DNA of 64,000 nt, taken from NCBI GenBank assembly GCA_023205875.1, contig CP060770.1:310001-374000 (forward strand), in the 5' to 3' direction. Source of the DNA: Chloropicon primus (taxonomy: Eukaryota). The translations under genes were made by a program, and so were the position numbers. How positions within the stretch are numbered: the first letter of the stretch is position 1; every line of letters begins with the position of its first letter. Below, one piece after another: positions 56,629-64,000 of this stretch. A model generated the notes under the pieces. The model searched no databases and was not told the DNA's origin. It worked only from the letters and a program-made list of their open reading frames with translations.

Positions 56629-58371
56629 ATGAAGTCCTTGGCCCTCTTCTTGTCGTATGCCGTGCTCCTATCATCTGTGGCGCGAGCTGCCGAGGTCGTT
56701 TCCTTCAATCTTGGTGCGAAGAATCGTCCAAACGTGCAGGCTGTCCATGGGATAAGCCAAGGACCAAAGTTTGAGAAGGGATGGGACAGTCACATGCCGG
56801 ATGGTCGGAACCGTGCGGCGAAAGATTGGACGAGTGGGTTCAAGCGGGCTGCAGTGCCATCAGTGCGTGTCCACGGCATGGGCTGCGTCGACATGGACCA
56901 CCTTTGGCGCCCCTCGACCTATGCAGGGTTCGATCCGAAGGACACCTCCAACTACGACTGGACGATTTCAGACGAGTGCCTTCGTAACGTGTACGACAAT
57001 CCTTCTCTGTCTGACTTGAAGAGTGCCAGCATTCGATTCGGACACTCGCGTGCCAAGGTCGCAGACTACCCATCGTTTTGCCAGGGTCCTGATGATGTGG
57101 ACATCTTCGCGGAGGTCTGCGTCGCAATCATCGATCGGTATCTCAACGTCAAGGGGTATCCCGTGCGAGACTTTTCGGTGTGGAACGAGCCAAGCGGAGG
57201 CATCGAGCACAGTGACTACGCTTTCTATTGCAAGGGTCCCGATGACTACGCTGCGATGTACATCGCGGTGTGGAACAAGGCCAAAGCCAAGTTCGGTAAC
57301 CGCATCCGTATCGGTGCAGCGTTGGGTCTCGATGACTTCTCGAGGACCGTGGTGGCGCAACTGAAGGCAAGCAACGTTGGCATGGACTTTGTGGACCATC
57401 ACTCGTACCCAAACACTCCGAGCGCAATCCCTTACCAGGTTCACGTCAAGCCTGGGGGGTATAACATGGAGGACATCATGGCGGAGGGCGGCTTCAGTAA
57501 GACGACGCCGATCATTCTGGGAGAGTGGAGCCGCTCCATCGGATTGAATTACGCCCTTGACGGGCCAGGAGCTTCCTTCATTGCGGCTAGCCTCATTTAC
57601 ATTGACGACATGGGTCTCCAACGCAGCGGAGGCGTTCACAACGTGGAGCAAGCGTACCTGTTCTCGAGCCAAAAAGTTTGGGACGGCTTGAAGCCGGATG
57701 CGCCTGACTTGAACGCGGCGACCGTCCTCAACTGGTGGCGTGACATGGTGGGACGACCCGCGATGCCATCCACCGGAGGGCGCATGCCCACGGCAACCAC
57801 AAATGATGAGCTTGCCGTGCTCATGGCCGGCCCAAAGGCAGAGGGAAAGGACTCGAACGACGCTCTTGCTCTGATCGCACATTACGAGGCGGACAAGCAG
57901 AAGCCGAGCCGTGTCCTCCCGACCACCGGCCTGCCTTTCGACCTTCAAGTGAACCTCGAGGGAATTCCTTGGCAGGACTTCAAGTGGACCCAGTACGCCA
58001 AGGCCCCGAAGGCTGCTAGCCTCGTCGAGGTTGCCTCGGGCAAGGGAAAGGGCCCGAAGGTGACGCTCGGTCTCAAGATGAATCGAAACTCTTTTTCAAC
58101 CCTGCGCGTGGAAAATGCAAAGCCGAGCAGCGGTGGTCTGCTAGGCTTGGGGCTGACCGGCATCAAGCTCAAGATTGCCATTGGTGCGGCCGCTGGCGTT
58201 GTCGCCATTCTCATCGGTGTTGCTCTGAAGTGCACCGTCTTCCGGAGGCCTCGTTCCGCCAAGGCCGGACCTGTTCCAACAACCTTGGGATTCTTCATGA
58301 GCGAGCTCAAGCATGAAGGAGGAGAGGACGACGAGTCCCTCCAGACGTTTAACCCGATCGTTCAGACGTGA
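56629..58371 (+). CDS. Secreted/membrane-anchored clan-A glycoside hydrolase (GH39-like)
   Basis: Signal peptide MKSLALFLSYAVLL; PSVRVH, NYDWTISD, acid/base VWNEP, DFVDHHSY, nucleophile ILGEW; C-terminal TM helix. Confidence 0.8.
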   Translation: MKSLALFLSYAVLLSSVARAAEVVSFNLGAKNRPNVQAVHGISQGPKFEKGWDSHMPDGRNRAAKDWTSGFKRAAVPSVRVHGMGCVDMDHLWRPSTYAGFDPKDTSNYDWTISDECLRNVYDNPSLSDLKSASIRFGHSRAKVADYPSFCQGPDDVDIFAEVCVAIIDRYLNVKGYPVRDFSVWNEPSGGIEHSDYAFYCKGPDDYAAMYIAVWNKAKAKFGNRIRIGAALGLDDFSRTVVAQLKASNVGMDFVDHHSYPNTPSAIPYQVHVKPGGYNMEDIMAEGGFSKTTPIILGEWSRSIGLNYALDGPGASFIAASLIYIDDMGLQRSGGVHNVEQAYLFSSQKVWDGLKPDAPDLNAATVLNWWRDMVGRPAMPSTGGRMPTATTNDELAVLMAGPKAEGKDSNDALALIAHYEADKQKPSRVLPTTGLPFDLQVNLEGIPWQDFKWTQYAKAPKAASLVEVASGKGKGPKVTLGLKMNRNSFSTLRVENAKPSSGGLLGLGLTGIKLKIAIGAAAGVVAILIGVALKCTVFRRPRSAKAGPVPTTLGFFMSELKHEGGEDDESLQTFNPIVQT

Positions 58372-58834
58372 AGAGATAAAGATGTAAGCGCGCAAACAAA
58401 CCATGTTATTAGCATCAACTCGATCAAGCATCCCTGACCACCGAAGAAGACGCAACTCGAGGAGGTACCCCACCCCACCCCATCCATCCTTTCCATCGAT
58501 CGAGGGATCATGAAACGTGCCCAGAGAGAGATGGGGGGGAGGGGGGGAGGGCGATAAAGAAAATGCCAATGAGGCTCCCTCTCCCCTCTCCCCTCCCTCC
58601 ACCACCACCACCGCCACCACCACCATCATCAATTCTCTCCTCACCATGATCCCTGTCCCCATTCCTCCCAAGTGAGAGCTCTCCGGAAAGAGCAAGAGAC
58701 AACGCATCCATCCATTCATGATCTCTCCCCCCCTCTCCCCCTCCTTCCACCATCACCCCCTCCCTCCCTCCCTCCACCAACACCCCCTCCCTCCCTCCCT
58801 CCACCATCATCATCTTTCTCTAACGCCAGAGAAG

Positions 58835-59437
58835 ATGAAGGCGTTGGTGGTGCCGAGGCGGAGCTTCGTGGCCTCCGTTGCATCCCTGACCTTCGCGGGA
58901 AGCACCCGTAACGCCCGAGCGTTACAAGAGGACGGATCCAAAACAACGGACGCCAAGAAAACCTTCTTGGCGGGAAGGATATTCTTGCCTCCAGGTTATG
59001 ATGATGATGCCATCACCACCACAACAACAACATCACCAGCAGTTTACGTGACGGCGAGGCCATCGAAAGCATCGAGTGTTCCTCGAGCGATACTCGATGG
59101 TTCGAATGGGAAGGCTCCGCCATGCCTCGCTTCGAGGATTCCAATCGAGGTTCCTAGGCTCGGCGATGCCTTTCCCCTCGAGTTTTCTCTCTCGAGCCAG
59201 GACCTGACCATGGAAGGAGCTCAGGGGAATGCGGAGCAGGGATCGTACTGGTTCCAAGACGAAGACTTGGTGGTGAGTGTGAGGTATGACACGGACGGGA
59301 TTGCGGCCACGAGGGATGCAAATGACCTCGTGGGGAGGGCGGAGTACCGGAGAGACAAGGAGGCGTCTGGACCGGTGGTGGTGCAGCTCCAGGGGAGAGG
59401 CTTTGGAGGGAAACTGGTGACAAGGAGAGCCAAGTGA
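58835..59437 (+). CDS. Hypothetical protein with a twin-arginine-like presequence (possibly thylakoid lumenal)
   Basis: PRRSFVASVASL..ARA; conserved-looking VYVTARP, VSVRYDTDGIAATRDANDLVG, LQGRGFGGK. Confidence 0.6.
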   Translation: MKALVVPRRSFVASVASLTFAGSTRNARALQEDGSKTTDAKKTFLAGRIFLPPGYDDDAITTTTTTSPAVYVTARPSKASSVPRAILDGSNGKAPPCLASRIPIEVPRLGDAFPLEFSLSSQDLTMEGAQGNAEQGSYWFQDEDLVVSVRYDTDGIAATRDANDLVGRAEYRRDKEASGPVVVQLQGRGFGGKLVTRRAK

Positions 59438-59559
59438 GTGAGTGAGGTTGTGTGTATGTGTGTGTGTGTGTGTCTACTGCCACGTAATACTATGCTGCAC
59501 AAAAAAAAAATGTATAAGAATAGGATGTGAAGAGAAGCAGGGGCATCATTCCCAATCCC

Positions 59560-62500
59560 CTATTCCCTGGCGTAGTTGTGCCTCCTCTTCTTCTTGAACA
59601 CGCCCTTGTCCTTTTGCCTCTTTCTGGAGACCTTTCTCTTCAAGTTCCTCACAACCTTGTCCTTCGCCGCCTGCTCAGGATCCACCAGCTTCAGCACAGC
59701 CTTGTTCTGCTTGCGATCTTTCCTCTTTCTCACCACGAAAGCCCTGGCCTTGTTGTAGGTCGAGGCCACCGCGTCGTTGCCGACTCGGGCATCCAGCTTC
59801 TCCACCATGCCGTCAGAAACTTCTTTGATCTCGACGTCAACACTTTTGCTCGACTCGTTGATCGTGTAAATGGGAATCATGAAAGTAACCAAGTACGCAC
59901 CGAGCCTCTCTAGATCCAAGCCTTCGACGAAGCTCGATAGGACGAGCAGCGCGGTCCGCTGCTGGACCGAGGTGGCGGGCCTGCCGTGCGTGGTGTTTCC
60001 CGCGGCGAGCGACGTGATTCTCTTCAGAGCAAAAAAGTAATCCGAGAGAGGGGCGCCACTTGCCAGGCTCACGCACTGCCTCAGGGGCAGGTCTGTACTT
60101 TTGCCCACATCGCCCTCCTCCTCCGAAGCCACGATGGAGTTGACGTCAAACTCTCGGAGCAGAATTGCCACCAAAGAATTCACCTGTTCCCCGAATTCCG
60201 CGGTAATCTCGTCCTGGAGCTGGTCCACAACGACTCTGAAGAGTCTCTGGAACCGATCCAATTCCGAGAACATCCTTTTTGACGCGTTTTCGAGAACGCT
60301 CTGCAAGACTTTGGCTCCAAGAATCTTGATTGCGGCGTACGGCACCAAGAGAAGAGACTCTGAGATGTCCAGAATTTTCACATGGCAGCCAATAGTATCC
60401 TTTTCCTTGGTCTTGTGCTTCAGGAGCGCGTCCAGGGCCGTCAGGGCCGACTCCAAGTACTTTGTAGTGGCATTGTTGGCCTCCGTCAGGGACGCATTGA
60501 GCTCCTCGGTCAGCGTCACCAGAAGCTTGTTCCTCAGCTGGCTAGAGGAGAGACAGCCGCTCTTGTTGAGGAAAAATGCGAGCTGGCACCCTGCAGCTTT
60601 CATGGGCACCCTCTGATTTTGGACCCAACCCAAGGATAGCTTATACGCGTTTTTCTTGAAGTCCTCCCTGGATCTCGACAGCAGCGTCTCGAGGGCGTCT
60701 CCGGCAAATGCCTTGCACTTGGCACTCTCCTCGTTACAGACTCTGAGGACTAGAGGAAACAAAAACATCTCTCCCAGGTCTTGGATGATGTCCGCTGGGA
60801 ACTTCCTGATCACGGACAGGATCAGCTCAAGCATCGACAGTCTTCCGGCTTCGTGCTTAAAGTCGCAATTTTTGATGACGAACTCCAAATGGTGCTTCCT
60901 TCGATTGTCGTTCATGGGGTAATCCAAGAGGAACATGAGGAAGACTTGCCCGGCCGTCCTCCTCGTCGAATCACTCCCCGAGGAGAGCACCACCGTGGAC
61001 ACTTTCTCCATCAAATCGTACACTGAAGGGAGAACGAGGCCTCTCGAAATGATGGCCTTGAGGAAAGCAAACATGCCGTTTTGGTTCTCGGTCTTCTCGA
61101 TGTCAGGGCTGATCAGCTTGATCAGAAAGCTCAATTGCGTCTGCGTCGGAGAGTACTTCGTGTAGTGCTTCAGGAAAATCGTCAGCAACTTGAGGCACTC
61201 TTGGGCAGAGCCATCAGTGAGCTTGGAGCTCCTCTTGAGAATGGAAAAGACTTCCTTGGAGATGACAGAAGCGTGCTTTCCGTTGCTTTGAAGGGGCATC
61301 GTGTAGATCCTGTTCAGACATTTCAGCGCGAGGACGACCAAGCTGCTCTTCCTGCTTTTCAGGACTGGCGCCAACAGTGAGGTCCAGGGATCGAGAAGTT
61401 GCATGTACTCCTCCTTCTGCATTCCCTCGTTCAGTTTCCCGTTCTTGATAAATTTCCAGAGCACAGTCAAAGCGAACCCCGCCTTGACCTCCAAGAGCAG
61501 AAAGTCAGAGGCATCCTGCATGTCTTCCTCCTCCTCGAGCAACTTGGAGGTGGAGATCGAAGAAATCTTCTGGAAGGACTCCATCTTCTTTTCTTGACTT
61601 GCCAAGCTCTCGTTGTGGTCCTCGATGATACCGTAGAAGAACACAAGCAAGTATTTCTGCGACAGGTGCTCGTTTGACATGATGCCCTGAGCCATGCAAT
61701 CAAACAGCCTGGCAGTGAGCCTGACCCTCTTCTTCTCGGCATTGAAATTTGAATCGACAAACTCCACCATGCTGAGCAACGAGTCCTCTATGTTCATCAA
61801 GCTCACAATCAGCTCGAACGCGTCAAGAGAAAAGCAGCGCTGGCCTTCCTTGAAGGTCTTGCTGAAGAGCTTCTCGCTCTCCTTCCTCTCCTGTCGATCC
61901 CTCGCGACGTCGCCAAAGATATCCACTTGGAAGATGTCGAAAAGGGCATCGAGGTGCTCATCAATCTCCCCGTGGGCCAACTTGTTTTCGATGTTCTTCA
62001 AAATAAAGTACACGGAATACCCCTTGATGTAGCCCTGAACCCCACGATTCAGAAGCGTGCTGTCGACGCTGTTGATCACGTAGGACAAGTACTGATAGCC
62101 TGTGACATCCAGCATGGCACAGATGGCCTCCCTCGTGTTCACCCGTGATGACTGCAAGTCGTTTTTCAGTCTGGAAGAAAGCCTCTGAATCAATTGAGGT
62201 ATCTCGATCCTCGTCAAATTCTCTGGCATCACCTTCAAAACTTGCGCAAGGACGGCCACCAGGTACGAGGGAGGATCTCTGTCTTGGTAGAAAAGCAAGC
62301 TGAGATAAGGCAGGACCACCTTGTAGATGTACTGCAGGGGCTCCGGGAATTGCTGTTCTCCGCTCACTTGATCGGAAACTACCATGTCGTCCCTGTTCTC
62401 GAAGAACGTCATACTGGACGAAACTGCTCTCATGATTGATTTTGACAGGGCACTTTTGCTCTTCAAAATCCTCAGGAAACGGCTGAGGACACCTTTCAGT

Positions 62501-64000
62501 GTGTTCCACTCGATGTGCCTGCAAGCCTCCCCAAGACTGTCGATGCATTTGTCGACGAGATTGCTCATGGTCCCGCCCACGGAAGCCCCCTTGTCATCAC
62601 AAATGAACCCCATGAGAACAGGAACGACAATGTCGACGATCCCGTCCGTAGAGAGCGAGCCCTTTTCCATCAGAGTGACTAACTTGTTCACTGCTCTGAC
62701 ACGCCTATGCAGCTGCAGGTGCGTGACGTTCTTGAAAAAGTCCTGCTCTGGATCCTCGTCGCAGAGAATCGTCATGCCTTGGTAGCAATCAGGGAACTCC
62801 AGGAACAGGTGAGAGATCAGATGCAAGTATTCCTTTCGGACCGATTCTTTCTTGTTGTGTATGCCACCCTTGAGCAGCCTGTACACAGTATCCCTGTACT
62901 CCAGGTCAAACACGTCAGGGTTGCCCTTGCAGTCACTGATGAATTTCTTGAGAGTCTCCGACGAAGCCTGCTGCATGGAGAAATCCTCGACCTCCGTTAG
63001 ATCAAAAACGCACTGATACAGCAAAATCTTCTGCACGAATGATCGTGCTGAAGCCAAGCCGGACCAATCCATCGTCTGAATCTGCGAATAAGCACCGAGC
63101 CTCTTGTCATAATCAATCTCGCCGATCATGCTTCCCGAAAGTGAATTCAGATCCTTGCAGAGGCCAACAAAGGCGTCCAGGGAGGTCCGGAAGCTCTTGT
63201 TCGACATGATGGAGATGCCCGTCAAGACCGTATCGAGGATGGAGCACAGATCCAACCGGATGTCATTCTGCCTGACGTACAAGAAAAGATCCACGAGCGG
63301 AGGCAAGTCTCCCTCGAAGTCGAACGGCAAAACGGATCCTGCGTGCACTTTCTCCACAAAAGATGATCCCAGCGTGGAAATCACGCGAAGAATGGACCTC
63401 AGCAGCACCTCATTCTTTGACACTGTTCGCTTGTTGTGGAACCACTTGAGAGAACCCACGAGCACGTGGAGTGTCTCAAATGTATCCGCATTCTCTGAAA
63501 ATAAGTCAGACATTTTTTGGACAATGTTGAGGGTGAACACCATGTCCCTCCTATTGCCTGCCTTGAAATCCATGCTTTTCACCTCGACCAACAGGCATGG
63601 GTAGTACTTCTCCAACGCCATGGCTGAGGACTTCGGAGCTTCTTCCAAGATGGACTCCACGAAGCTCAGGACAGATTTTTTCTTCTGGGGCGACATGTCC
63701 TGCAGCGGTCCAAACAAGCAATCCAAAAACACCTCGACGCGCCGGTGCCCCAACGCCTGCTGGCCCCAAGTCTCAGACGACAGAATGCTCCGCAAGTACA
63801 GCACCGAGGAGTGGAAGACCTGATAGCTCTGGAAGTGCTTCGTCTTTGACATCGTTAGCAAGGCCTCCTCGACGAACGTGAGGACGAAGCTGAACTCTTC
63901 CACCTCATAATTCTTCAATATGTCGGTAAGAATATCCAAGCACATGGATATGATGGTGGTTGGATCATGCTGCGTTGCTTCGATTTCTCCGTTGGCACAA
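59560..64000 (-). CDS. UTP20: U3 snoRNA-associated protein 20 (SSU processome HEAT-repeat protein), 5'-truncated by the window edge
   Basis: DYDKRLGAY, EQDFFKNVTHLQLHRRVRA, DIFGDVA, FLLDYPM, HEAGRLSMLE, C-terminal KRKDRK..LVDPEQAAKDK..RNLKRK. Confidence 0.92.
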   Translation of the reverse strand, partial: CANGEIEATQHDPTTIISMCLDILTDILKNYEVEEFSFVLTFVEEALLTMSKTKHFQSYQVFHSSVLYLRSILSSETWGQQALGHRRVEVFLDCLFGPLQDMSPQKKKSVLSFVESILEEAPKSSAMALEKYYPCLLVEVKSMDFKAGNRRDMVFTLNIVQKMSDLFSENADTFETLHVLVGSLKWFHNKRTVSKNEVLLRSILRVISTLGSSFVEKVHAGSVLPFDFEGDLPPLVDLFLYVRQNDIRLDLCSILDTVLTGISIMSNKSFRTSLDAFVGLCKDLNSLSGSMIGEIDYDKRLGAYSQIQTMDWSGLASARSFVQKILLYQCVFDLTEVEDFSMQQASSETLKKFISDCKGNPDVFDLEYRDTVYRLLKGGIHNKKESVRKEYLHLISHLFLEFPDCYQGMTILCDEDPEQDFFKNVTHLQLHRRVRAVNKLVTLMEKGSLSTDGIVDIVVPVLMGFICDDKGASVGGTMSNLVDKCIDSLGEACRHIEWNTLKGVLSRFLRILKSKSALSKSIMRAVSSSMTFFENRDDMVVSDQVSGEQQFPEPLQYIYKVVLPYLSLLFYQDRDPPSYLVAVLAQVLKVMPENLTRIEIPQLIQRLSSRLKNDLQSSRVNTREAICAMLDVTGYQYLSYVINSVDSTLLNRGVQGYIKGYSVYFILKNIENKLAHGEIDEHLDALFDIFQVDIFGDVARDRQERKESEKLFSKTFKEGQRCFSLDAFELIVSLMNIEDSLLSMVEFVDSNFNAEKKRVRLTARLFDCMAQGIMSNEHLSQKYLLVFFYGIIEDHNESLASQEKKMESFQKISSISTSKLLEEEEDMQDASDFLLLEVKAGFALTVLWKFIKNGKLNEGMQKEEYMQLLDPWTSLLAPVLKSRKSSLVVLALKCLNRIYTMPLQSNGKHASVISKEVFSILKRSSKLTDGSAQECLKLLTIFLKHYTKYSPTQTQLSFLIKLISPDIEKTENQNGMFAFLKAIISRGLVLPSVYDLMEKVSTVVLSSGSDSTRRTAGQVFLMFLLDYPMNDNRRKHHLEFVIKNCDFKHEAGRLSMLELILSVIRKFPADIIQDLGEMFLFPLVLRVCNEESAKCKAFAGDALETLLSRSREDFKKNAYKLSLGWVQNQRVPMKAAGCQLAFFLNKSGCLSSSQLRNKLLVTLTEELNASLTEANNATTKYLESALTALDALLKHKTKEKDTIGCHVKILDISESLLLVPYAAIKILGAKVLQSVLENASKRMFSELDRFQRLFRVVVDQLQDEITAEFGEQVNSLVAILLREFDVNSIVASEEEGDVGKSTDLPLRQCVSLASGAPLSDYFFALKRITSLAAGNTTHGRPATSVQQRTALLVLSSFVEGLDLERLGAYLVTFMIPIYTINESSKSVDVEIKEVSDGMVEKLDARVGNDAVASTYNKARAFVVRKRKDRKQNKAVLKLVDPEQAAKDKVVRNLKRKVSRKRQKDKGVFKKKRRHNYARE

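Overview
Gene-dense, intron-poor, GC-rich eukaryotic nuclear DNA, most consistent with a compact green microalga (Chloropicon/prasinophyte-like). This assignment is inferred from plastid-targeted genes, GT-AG introns and gene density. The window holds about 26 protein genes, mostly housekeeping: CSN5, thioredoxin, peptide deformylase, an AP2 factor, BAR-PH-ArfGAP, MFS, DapF, POLE2, ankyrin-DHHC, ABCB, TRAP-alpha, CDS, rhodanese, Rieske, WDR35/IFT121, a BOR transporter, an EF-hand protein, a GH39-like hydrolase and UTP20. Highlights: (1) An intact Fanzor (eukaryotic TnpB-like RNA-guided nuclease, Fanzor2-like; 31772-33943) is followed directly by a strongly structured ~150-nt segment, a candidate omegaRNA scaffold. 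The locus has short CACTAC/GTAGTG termini, and the putative guide resembles the element's own left end. (2) An oriented, CpG-rich, quasi-palindromic ~24-55 bp motif recurs upstream of many start codons, often in pairs 175-178 bp apart. Promoter tandem duplications of 173-182 bp occur as well, suggesting sequence-encoded nucleosome phasing. (3) A 9-nt micro-exon sits inside an AP2 domain. (4) A ~2-kb AT-rich, gene-free island (centromere or foreign-DNA candidate) lies next to a GH39-like gene.
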